From the IMG/VR virus record IMGVR_UViG_3300032287_003113, positions 124,001 to 188,000 of that record: a stretch of 64,000 nt of DNA. The stretch is one strand, 5' to 3'. A program made the translations under genes and the position numbers. Shown here in pieces: positions 39,918 to 48,395 of this stretch. The notes under the pieces were generated by a model. The model was not told where the DNA came from, searched no databases, and saw nothing but the letters and a program-made list of their open reading frames with translations. Position 1 is the stretch's first letter, and the number at the start of each line of letters is the position of its first letter.

Positions 39918-41217
39918 ACCGGCAACACTATGCATGGCACCATGGACACACACTTATCTTAGTCCACAAACAGAACGACGCTTGTGCTGTGCCAGCCGTG
40001 AACCTGCACAAAACTTTGAACAGTATATAGATACATCGGCCGGCACAGGACGATACATTCCCATCACATTAGATGAGCATTGGAACAGTGAACACATGCG
40101 TAGTGTGCGCCGTAGAATGATGGCTGGAGAAACCTTGCCCGAGTGTGAAGTGTGTAACAACAAACTATTAAACACAGACGTTTACCGTAGTTATTTTAAT
40201 CAATTGTTTGGAGATAAGTATTTACAGGCCCGAGAGCATACTGATGCAACAGGCTACACGACAATGAAGCCAGTTTCGTGGGATTACAGGTTCAGCAATC
40301 TCTGTAATTTTAAATGCCGCATGTGCGGCGACATGTTGTCGAGTGCTTGGGAGAGCGAGCAACGCCAACACGGAATGATCGACTTTACAAATCCAAAGAA
40401 CAATTGGATGCGTCCTGAAGTCAAAGAGCAAATAGAACAGTTTCAAGACACCCAGATAGAGCAAGAGTTTGCAGATGCCGTGGAACAGCATCGAGTCGAG
40501 GAAGTCTACTGGGTTGGTGGTGAACCGTTGATGTATGAGCAACACTGGCGCTATATGCAACGGATAATTGAATTGGGAGATGGACCAAATGTTTACGCTC
40601 GATACAACACTAATCTTAGTCGTATTAGTTATAGAGGCGTTAATTTGTTTAGCGATATTTTATGCCGGTTACGTGACTGGCAAATCTGTGCAAGCATCGA
40701 CGGCACGGGCAGAATTGGAGAGTATATTAGATCAGGTCTTGATTTTGATCAGTGGCTTGCGAACATCCGCCAAGGACTTGCGTACCACCATCACCGCCGC
40801 CAGATCCGTCTGGACTTCACTCTTACTACACCAGGACTCTTTGAAGTACAAGCGATACAAACGCTCGCCCAAGAACTCGGAGTAGATGTTTTAGCAAAGG
40901 TGGTGTTCTCGTTTAGTCCGGACATCATTATGAGCCCGTTGGCACTACCTAAAGATGTACTGCATCCTTGGATAGACGAAATTGTGAATGGCACTCCTGG
41001 GGAACGTCCTCTTACCGGCCCGTTACGGGACATACTGATTCAACTCAAAACAAGACCCACTTTTGCCGAACAATGGCCTGACTCGTATCAAGCAGGCCTA
41101 CGCAAGGGCAAACAACGAATTCTACAGTTGGAAAAAATCAGAAACGACACATATACGTTTAGAGATATAATGTACTCGAGACCTGCGGCACTAGAATGGT
41201 ATGACTCAATCAATTAA
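39910..41217 (+). CDS. radical SAM enzyme with N-terminal twitch-like domain
   Basis: 'LCMAPW...RLCC...ECEVC'; CNFKCRMC; VGGEP. Confidence 0.85.
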   Translation: MNKPATLCMAPWTHTYLSPQTERRLCCASREPAQNFEQYIDTSAGTGRYIPITLDEHWNSEHMRSVRRRMMAGETLPECEVCNNKLLNTDVYRSYFNQLFGDKYLQAREHTDATGYTTMKPVSWDYRFSNLCNFKCRMCGDMLSSAWESEQRQHGMIDFTNPKNNWMRPEVKEQIEQFQDTQIEQEFADAVEQHRVEEVYWVGGEPLMYEQHWRYMQRIIELGDGPNVYARYNTNLSRISYRGVNLFSDILCRLRDWQICASIDGTGRIGEYIRSGLDFDQWLANIRQGLAYHHHRRQIRLDFTLTTPGLFEVQAIQTLAQELGVDVLAKVVFSFSPDIIMSPLALPKDVLHPWIDEIVNGTPGERPLTGPLRDILIQLKTRPTFAEQWPDSYQAGLRKGKQRILQLEKIRNDTYTFRDIMYSRPAALEWYDSIN

Positions 41218-42286
41218 AGTAATCTTACGCAACCCTTTAAACTACACAGATCAAGTTGATTATACAATTACGGCTGCAGATAACCAATTGGCACGGGATT
41301 GGGTATCAGCATTAAAATTAGAACTATCGAGTGGTCGGCTATTAGAAAAGAATTTTTGTTTTATGGGTTTTCCCCGTACAGCCCGCACACTGGAATATCT
41401 TTGTGACGAACTCAATCAAGCAGTAGATATCATTAATAGTTCTGGCATAGAATATCATATTCCTGAAGTGTTCTCCCCTGACACGGTACGTGGATTTGAT
41501 TATGCAGATAATGGTGTCAATCATGCTGTAATGAATCAACTACACAATCACTTTGAGCGATTGCAAGGAACTGTTTGGGGTTTAAGTGATTATTACCGAC
41601 GTGCCAACTACGAAACAAAGTATGCTATCCGACAGTTAAACAACATCTGTCACGAGATGGAAAACCTAATACTAAGTCAGCGTAAAGAAGCCACAGCACC
41701 TTATTGGGTACGTCCAAGCCAAATTACTACATTTCTACAAGCCGAGCGTTATGACCTCAAAGGCGAACATCGCACAGGGTTTGCCATCAATGGATATGAT
41801 CGTGTACTAGGCGGAGTATATATGCATTGGACACAGATAGGCAAAACCTTGTTTGAAGTGTTCCGCGACGAAGGAGCACCAGAACTTACAGCAACAACGT
41901 GTGAGGCCATCACAGAGTTAAAATACTACTCAGGCGAATTTGATGTAGAGTGGGGTAACGATGTGACCTTACTAGGCGACAACAATCCTTGGCACACAAA
42001 GGAGCAGATAGAGTTTCGCAAGTGGCTAATAGCCAACAATCGAGATCCTGCAGATCCTGCATTAAGTCTAGGATACTTGCCTGTAGGACAAGTAGAATTG
42101 ACAAAGAGTTTTGGTACAGCAGATTATCAACAGATATGGAACATACTTGGCAATCATTTGGACATATATCAAATAGAAGCAGGAGACGTATCCGCAACAT
42201 TTGATTATTGCTGGACCGATGCCACGTACAAACAACAACAAATAGATCGGATGAGGCCGGGATATGACTATAGTAGCCGGGGGTGA
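41201..42286 (+). CDS. hypothetical protein with possible His/Glu metal-binding motifs
   Basis: 361-aa ORF overlapping both neighbours; 'NQLHNHFERLQG', 'NNICHEMEN'. Confidence 0.6.
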   Translation: MTQSIKVILRNPLNYTDQVDYTITAADNQLARDWVSALKLELSSGRLLEKNFCFMGFPRTARTLEYLCDELNQAVDIINSSGIEYHIPEVFSPDTVRGFDYADNGVNHAVMNQLHNHFERLQGTVWGLSDYYRRANYETKYAIRQLNNICHEMENLILSQRKEATAPYWVRPSQITTFLQAERYDLKGEHRTGFAINGYDRVLGGVYMHWTQIGKTLFEVFRDEGAPELTATTCEAITELKYYSGEFDVEWGNDVTLLGDNNPWHTKEQIEFRKWLIANNRDPADPALSLGYLPVGQVELTKSFGTADYQQIWNILGNHLDIYQIEAGDVSATFDYCWTDATYKQQQIDRMRPGYDYSSRG

Positions 42287-43067
42287 TAGTTTTGTTTTTG
42301 GTCACGAATTAAAAGACTGCGGCAAGAACCCTAGTAAAAATACCTTTACGGCTTTATTGGGCGCCGACGTTTGTGTAGCTCGTGGCGGATACTCCAATAG
42401 TGCTATTGCTAGAACAGTGATGTCTGAATGCAGTCGACATCAAGACAATCTTGGCGTTATTGTTAGTTGGACTTTTTCTAGTAGGTTTGAATTTAGATTT
42501 GCCTACAGTACTGGACAAGTTAGCAGCCCCTGGTACAGCATCAATGCCTGGACCATAGAAGATAATTTTGAAAATATCAAAAGTGAGTTTGTTACAGAAA
42601 ACGAAGCAATATTTAACAGCCAAGTAGAAACTATAAAACGGGCACAGAGCACAGGGGTACAGGACTTTGCAAAAACATTTTATAAACATGTGGGCAGTAC
42701 AGAGTACTGGGAAATATATACTACACTTAAAGAAATTGTATTATTACAAAATTATTTGAAGCTACGCAATATACCTTATATGTTTACCTGTGCTGATAAC
42801 CAAATTGTAAAAAATTATACTGTAGACAATGCAGACGTACATATTTCTGCATTATACAATCAAATTGATTTTGATCATTGGTTTTGGTTCCCGCCGGGCA
42901 CCGGAGCAAATCAAACCGAAACCCCAAGAGGTTTTTATCAGTGGGCCGTGGAGAATAAATACCCAGTAGGCACCACACATCCGCTGGAACAAGCACACAT
43001 AGACGCATCCACGTTGATGCAAGGAAAATTCAATGAATTGGTTACGAAACATTTACAATCGAATTAA
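42264..43067 (+). CDS. SGNH/GDSL-fold protein
   Basis: 'IVAGGDSFVFG', 'ARGGYSN', 'GTTHPLEQAH'. Confidence 0.6.
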   Translation: MTIVAGGDSFVFGHELKDCGKNPSKNTFTALLGADVCVARGGYSNSAIARTVMSECSRHQDNLGVIVSWTFSSRFEFRFAYSTGQVSSPWYSINAWTIEDNFENIKSEFVTENEAIFNSQVETIKRAQSTGVQDFAKTFYKHVGSTEYWEIYTTLKEIVLLQNYLKLRNIPYMFTCADNQIVKNYTVDNADVHISALYNQIDFDHWFWFPPGTGANQTETPRGFYQWAVENKYPVGTTHPLEQAHIDASTLMQGKFNELVTKHLQSN

Positions 43068-43134
43068 ACTAGAATTACGCTATCGCAAGAAGTTAAAAGA
43101 GCTTCGTAAACGAGATCCATTTATCTATAAATGA
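43033..43134 (+). CDS. 33-aa basic peptide ending in DPFIYK (below the ORF-track cutoff)
   Basis: AAGGA RBS at 43021-43025; MNWLRNIYNRIKLELRYRKKLKELRKRDPFIYK; stop overlaps the next ATG (ATGA). Confidence 0.6.
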   Translation: MNWLRNIYNRIKLELRYRKKLKELRKRDPFIYK

Positions 43135-43775
43135 TTTATTGTATCGGAGACAGTTTTACCTACGGGGAAGAACTTGCTGACCGTAATACAGCATGGCCGG
43201 CAATATTGGGTAAAAAATTAAATCAACCTGTGACCAATTGGGGCAAACCAGCAACTGGAAACCATCGCATGGTCAAGCGTACAATGGATGCTGTATTTGC
43301 GGGTGCTTCGTTGATTGTCGTTGGTTGGTCAGATCCAGCTAGACAAGAGTTTGCTGATGATATCAGTATTACTGACTTATGGGCAGGTAGGGATTATCGT
43401 AGAATGCAAACCTGTACTGATCATCGACGTGATTTAATCAAGTATATGACAGCGTATGACGTTCCGGGATATTACTACGCACAGTGGATACGACAAATCG
43501 TTTTAACACAGACTTTTTGTCGTGCAAATGCCGTTCCTTGTGTGATGTTTAGTGCGTGTAATGCTGAAAGTTGGAATATTGATTATATAAAAAAACAAAG
43601 TCAACACGAGCATTTAACGCGACACGTAGATGTAGACACATACATTGGTTGGCCATATTCAGGATCAACGGAATGGACATATGGTACACCGCATGGCCCG
43701 GGCGGTCATCCTCTGGAACAGGGTCATGAGATTATAGCAGAAAAAATTTATGAGCATATTAGCCGTCGGGTGTAG
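43131..43775 (+). CDS. SGNH/GDSL-fold protein
   Basis: 'YCIGDSFTYG', 'NWGKPATGN', 'PGGHPLEQGH'. Confidence 0.6.
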   Translation: MIYCIGDSFTYGEELADRNTAWPAILGKKLNQPVTNWGKPATGNHRMVKRTMDAVFAGASLIVVGWSDPARQEFADDISITDLWAGRDYRRMQTCTDHRRDLIKYMTAYDVPGYYYAQWIRQIVLTQTFCRANAVPCVMFSACNAESWNIDYIKKQSQHEHLTRHVDVDTYIGWPYSGSTEWTYGTPHGPGGHPLEQGHEIIAEKIYEHISRRV

Positions 43776-44400
43776 TTTTACAGCAGGTGCAGAATTACCC
43801 AATCCTGCAGAATCTGCTTGGCCCAACCTAATAGGAAAATTAAATAATCGTCCAGTAAAAAATTTGGGACTTGGCGGCGCATCCAATGATCGTACATTTA
43901 GATTGGTTATAGAGGAAACTGCTCAACAACGATTTGATTTGGTTGTTATACAGTGGACTGAACCTAGTCGTATGGAAATATGGAATGCCCGCCGCCGCAA
44001 TACCATGGATGTAAATATAGGAAAGTTGCATTCAAACATGTTTGAGATGTCTTGGCTCGATACTTACTATTGCAATCACTACGATGATTTCCACGCTCAT
44101 CGTAAATGGGCCGCACAGATATTGTCCTTGCAAGGATATTTAAAATCAATCGATCAGCCCTATGTTATGGTCAGTTTAAATGGACTTGATCAAAGACTTT
44201 ACACGGGTGCATGGAGTAGTGTAAAATACTTGTGGGACGGTGTTGACACCATGCATTACCCAGGTTGGCCGTTTGAGGGAATTTATATGTGGCAAGGTGA
44301 TTGTCCTAGAGCTCCCGGCGGGCATCCATTGGAGCTGGGACACAAAAGAATAGCAGAAAAAATAAATGAGCATATTAGGAATCTCGGCTGGCTTCCATGA
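43750..44400 (+). CDS. SGNH/GDSL-fold protein (paralogue of 43131)
   Basis: 'LAVGCSFTAG', 'NLGLGGASN', 'PGGHPLELGH'. Confidence 0.6.
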   Translation: MSILAVGCSFTAGAELPNPAESAWPNLIGKLNNRPVKNLGLGGASNDRTFRLVIEETAQQRFDLVVIQWTEPSRMEIWNARRRNTMDVNIGKLHSNMFEMSWLDTYYCNHYDDFHAHRKWAAQILSLQGYLKSIDQPYVMVSLNGLDQRLYTGAWSSVKYLWDGVDTMHYPGWPFEGIYMWQGDCPRAPGGHPLELGHKRIAEKINEHIRNLGWLP

Positions 44401-45847
44401 CGCCGCCATTTCGTTAATTAACTCCGATGGAGAAATAGTATTTGCTGGGCATTCAGAACGCTACAGCAAACGTAAGAACGATCCAAATCTTTGTATTAGC
44501 CTATTAGAAGAGATATGCGATTACCCCATTGATACTATCGCATACTATGAACGACCCTGGAACAAACAATTACGTCAATTGTACAGTGGGCAAGGAATAG
44601 AGTGGAACAAACTTTTTGTTAAACAAATTGTTCGGGATCAATTGCATGGCTGGTTGGCGCATCCTCCTAAAAACATAAAAACTTATAATCATCATTTGAG
44701 TCACGCCGCAGCAGGATTCCAAACAAGTGTGTTTGACAAAGCCACAGTGGTAGTAATTGATGCCATTGGGGAATGGGACACTATTAGTATTTGGGGTGCT
44801 CACTATGTGGATGGTCAGGCCAAATATCACAGACTGTGGGGACAGCGGTATCCACATAGTGTTGGACTGTTTTATTCAGCAATGACTCAGCGTGTGGGAC
44901 TAAAACCCAACGAAGAAGAGTACATATTAATGGGCATGAGTGCATATGGCAAAGATAATGTTGCTGACGTTATAAAAAATGCTGTAATTAACAATGAGTG
45001 GGATTTGACTTTTAAACAAAATTTACACACTGGCGTTGACACGGAGTTTTTACGTGGAATCTCAGACATGGATATTGCCACATCTAGCCAGGCTTTTACA
45101 GAAAATCTGATATATAATGTTATGCGTCGAGCCAAAGACTTTGGCTGGAGCAGAAATTTGGTTTACATGGGCGGAGTTGCCCTAAATTGTTTAGCTAATC
45201 GTAATCTTGGTGATTATTTTGAAAAAATTTGGATCATGCCTAATCCTGGTGACGCTGGTAGCAGTCTTGGCGCCGCTGCCCTTGCCTACGGTAAAAGAAT
45301 TGACTTCAACAACGCATACCTTGGTCACTGCATTAGCGGCGACTATCCCGTCAATGCCATCCTTGATTGTTTACTCCACGATAAAATCGTTGGAGTTGCT
45401 TCCGGCCGAGCCGAATTTGGACCTCGTGCCCTTGGGAACAGAAGTCTCCTCGCCGATCCGCGTGGATCAGATATAAAAGATCGTGTCAACCAAATCAAAC
45501 GTCGTCAAAAGTTTAGGCCATTTGCGCCGGTTATCTTGGCTGAGCAAGCTGAGTTATTTTTTGATATGCCCCGTGGTTTCAGTGATAGTCCATATATGCA
45601 GTCAGTCGCCCATTGCCGGCATCCTGACACTTACCCTGCTATTGTGCATCACGACGGCACTAGCCGAGTACAAACGGTTACAGATAATGGCTCAGGCATT
45701 AGAGAACTCCTAGAAAAATGGTATGTAATGACCGGCTGTCCCATGTTGCTCAACACCAGTCTCAACATTAGAGGTGAACCCATGGTCAACGATCGTGCCG
45801 ACGCAGATAGATTTGAACACTTATATGGAGTACGTGTATGCTCGTGA
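44366..45847 (+). CDS. carbamoyltransferase, NodU/CmcH family
   Basis: 'ILGISAGFHDAA', 'HSERYS', 'HHLSHAA', 'IDAIGE', 'MGGVALNC', 'GDAG', 'EFGPRALGNRS', 'HHDGTSRVQT', 'LLNTSLN'. Confidence 0.92.
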   Translation: MSILGISAGFHDAAISLINSDGEIVFAGHSERYSKRKNDPNLCISLLEEICDYPIDTIAYYERPWNKQLRQLYSGQGIEWNKLFVKQIVRDQLHGWLAHPPKNIKTYNHHLSHAAAGFQTSVFDKATVVVIDAIGEWDTISIWGAHYVDGQAKYHRLWGQRYPHSVGLFYSAMTQRVGLKPNEEEYILMGMSAYGKDNVADVIKNAVINNEWDLTFKQNLHTGVDTEFLRGISDMDIATSSQAFTENLIYNVMRRAKDFGWSRNLVYMGGVALNCLANRNLGDYFEKIWIMPNPGDAGSSLGAAALAYGKRIDFNNAYLGHCISGDYPVNAILDCLLHDKIVGVASGRAEFGPRALGNRSLLADPRGSDIKDRVNQIKRRQKFRPFAPVILAEQAELFFDMPRGFSDSPYMQSVAHCRHPDTYPAIVHHDGTSRVQTVTDNGSGIRELLEKWYVMTGCPMLLNTSLNIRGEPMVNDRADADRFEHLYGVRVCS

Positions 45848-46380
45848 AAATTACAGAAAACTTTTATCAACTCATTGACGTATTTAACCCCAATTTATAT
45901 CAACATTTAGCAAACGCTTTTAACCAAGATCGGTCCGCCTGGGCACAAATAAGTGACGAGAGCACAGATGTAAAACGTCAACAGCTAAGTTTATCTGTTA
46001 ACGATTACCTTGGACAACAGATCAATGAAGAATTAAGAAAATATGTTAGAACAGCCGAGCCACGTGTTGGACCACTGTATCAAAACGGTCCACAACTATG
46101 GTATGACAACAACGGTTATATCAACACCATACATGATGGTGATGTCAGTCCCAATCATTGTGTTAACGTACAAGTGTATCTCAGTGATGGAGATGAACGT
46201 ATGGGAACCTGTTGCTATGACGAAGGCGAATGGCACAGCGTACCGTATCGAGCCAACTCAGGATACATGCTGATAGGTCCTACTCGTATACCGCATGGTA
46301 TGCAACATCCAGTAACCAATCACAGAATGAGTTTATATCAGGGATTTAGAAACACCGAAGTACCGTCAGATATTTGGTAA
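45838..46380 (+). CDS. 2OG-Fe(II) oxygenase
   Basis: HxD 'IHDGD', distal 'PHGM' and 'R.SLY'; 'NVQVYL' strand. Confidence 0.65.
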   Translation: MLVKITENFYQLIDVFNPNLYQHLANAFNQDRSAWAQISDESTDVKRQQLSLSVNDYLGQQINEELRKYVRTAEPRVGPLYQNGPQLWYDNNGYINTIHDGDVSPNHCVNVQVYLSDGDERMGTCCYDEGEWHSVPYRANSGYMLIGPTRIPHGMQHPVTNHRMSLYQGFRNTEVPSDIW

Positions 46381-46391
46381 AGGAAAACAAA

Positions 46392-47231
46392 ATGACACAA
46401 CGTATTTTAATTATGGGCCTGCCGGGTGCAGGTAAAACAACCTTGGCTGGTGCTCTTAAAAAGTATTTGGAACAGTACGGAACAATGAGTATGTATTCTG
46501 CTGAACAACTTCCAGTAACCGGGTTTGATGCTAAGGTAACTTGGTTTAATGCTGACGATATTCGTCGTAAGTACAACGACTGGGATTTTAGCAATGAAGG
46601 ACGCATCCGCCAAAGCCTACGTATGTTTCAGTTTAGTATAGAAGCCGGTGGAGAATATGTGATCTGTGACTTTGTTGCACCGCTAGTAGAAATGCGTAAC
46701 AACTTCAAAGCTGATTGGACCATTTGGGTAGATACTATACGTGAAGGTCGTTATGCTGACACCAATGCGGCCTTTGTTGAGCCTGACGTGTATGACTTCC
46801 GTGTCACAGAACAAAACGCAGAAAAATGGGCTGAGTTTATTGGATCGCATATTATTGATAATCGCCGCAGGCCCACGTTTGATTGGCGGAAAGAAACTGT
46901 ACAAATGTTAGGACGTTGGCAACCTTGGCACGATGGACACCGTGCTTTGTTTGAGCGTCTAATACAACGCACAGGACAAGTAGTCATACAAATACGTGAC
47001 GTACAAGGTTGGCAAGGATCAAATCCATTTGAAGTAGAAAAGGTTAAAGGCTTTATTCGTCGCGACCTAGATCCAATCTATCAAGGACAATATGAAATAC
47101 AAGTGGTACCTAATATTGTACACATTGGTTGGGGTCGTGGAGTAGGATATACCAGTGGTGAAGAAACATTTGATGAAGCTGTCACAGACATCAGTGCCAC
47201 AAAGATTCGTCGAGAACTAGGACTCAAGTGA
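46392..47231 (+). CDS. APS-kinase-like P-loop kinase fused to an HxGH nucleotidyltransferase
   Basis: 'GLPGAGKTT', 'NADDIR...DFSNEGR', 'CDFVAP'; C-terminal 'GRWQPWHDGH'; AAGGA RBS before ATG 46392. Confidence 0.75.
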   Translation: MTQRILIMGLPGAGKTTLAGALKKYLEQYGTMSMYSAEQLPVTGFDAKVTWFNADDIRRKYNDWDFSNEGRIRQSLRMFQFSIEAGGEYVICDFVAPLVEMRNNFKADWTIWVDTIREGRYADTNAAFVEPDVYDFRVTEQNAEKWAEFIGSHIIDNRRRPTFDWRKETVQMLGRWQPWHDGHRALFERLIQRTGQVVIQIRDVQGWQGSNPFEVEKVKGFIRRDLDPIYQGQYEIQVVPNIVHIGWGRGVGYTSGEETFDEAVTDISATKIRRELGLK

Positions 47232-48395
47232 GATAGGTATAGGCAAGCCAGTTCTGACATCTAGGCGATATGGGGGTATGCGTTGAAACGCACGATCTAT
47301 CGCTGTAATAGACCGAATCAAATGATCCCATTCACGCTTGATAAACGCCGGATCATTAAATAATTGATAGTTGTGTTCTAAGACGGGTTGCATGTCTAGC
47401 AACATGGTCATTTGTTGTTCTGTGCTTAATTCGCTAACAGTTTTTATTACTTGAGCAATAGCTTCAATACGTATTACAGGATCTTCTATTGCATCGTAAC
47501 TTTCATCCCAGTAGTCACCAAATGTACGAAAGCCATAACTACGCAAATACTCTAAGTTATGGGCACAACCAGCAAGTACGAATGGCATACGAAGTACAAT
47601 AGGTTTAAATATCTTTTCTGTCAAGTGTGTTTTTGTTTGAAAGAAACAGGTTTCCGTTACCAAGAATACAAAACTTTTCATCAACTCAGTCATAGGACTT
47701 AACAACATACTTTGATTGGGAATGTTTTGTCCAGCAAAATCTATACGCAACTCTGGTATCTGTTTTATGTTAGCAATGGCCTCGTTGATGTATGCTGGAT
47801 CAAATTCATATTCGGGAACACCTCGGCGTAGGTTATCATCAAACGCACCGTCGTCGGGGCAATGGTGACTGTAACTTACATATCCTGAATCAAGCAAATT
47901 GTTTTTGTATAATTCGTTTACCAACAGGCTACGATAGATACGACGGTTACTGGTCAGTCGATTAAAAGATATATAAGTTTTTTCTAAGGTACGTTCGTGT
48001 GGTAGTTGTAAACCAGGAAGCATTTGGTGTCCTCGGAACCAATCGTGGGCAGCAAAAATATGAAAGAAGTAATTGATATGCAGGAATGGAAATTCTTCAC
48101 AGATGCGTTTGGCTTCGTCACTGTCACGTTCAGTGGATACAAGAATAAATGGTTTTTGCTCAAGACCGGTGATGGCTTCAAACACAGGACGATTGTAATC
48201 TAAATCCAACGGCTCTTGATCATAAAAGATAAACAATGGCCCGCGAAATTTACCTGCATCTTCGTCATTGCGTCGAAATTCAAGATTTTCTGGTAGAGTT
48301 GATCCAAAAGGATGTAGGTAAACTACCCTGGGATCTGTTATAATAGTTTGTAGGTGTTGGAATATATTTTCGTAATGACTGGATAAGTTATACAT
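47217..48395 (-). CDS. putative GT-B glycosyltransferase (third member of the TEK-motif family)
   Basis: 'FLVTETCF...HLTEKIFKPIV..MPFVLAG...LRSYGFRTFGDYWDESYD'. Confidence 0.5.
   Translation of the reverse strand: MYNLSSHYENIFQHLQTIITDPRVVYLHPFGSTLPENLEFRRNDEDAGKFRGPLFIFYDQEPLDLDYNRPVFEAITGLEQKPFILVSTERDSDEAKRICEEFPFLHINYFFHIFAAHDWFRGHQMLPGLQLPHERTLEKTYISFNRLTSNRRIYRSLLVNELYKNNLLDSGYVSYSHHCPDDGAFDDNLRRGVPEYEFDPAYINEAIANIKQIPELRIDFAGQNIPNQSMLLSPMTELMKSFVFLVTETCFFQTKTHLTEKIFKPIVLRMPFVLAGCAHNLEYLRSYGFRTFGDYWDESYDAIEDPVIRIEAIAQVIKTVSELSTEQQMTMLLDMQPVLEHNYQLFNDPAFIKREWDHLIRSITAIDRAFQRIPPYRLDVRTGLPIPISLES

Noticed and set aside
32953-43134. Classical RiPP cluster (radical SAM-SPASM plus precursor peptide)
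   Set aside because: No PqqD/RRE domain, protease or exporter recognised, and the context is dominated by sugar enzymes. Kept only as a minor alternative for the 33-aa peptide.
43033-45847. Saxitoxin or other toxin biosynthesis
   Set aside because: Only the generic carbamoyltransferase/PFIY/SGNH module is present; there is no SxtA-like PKS or amidinotransferase.
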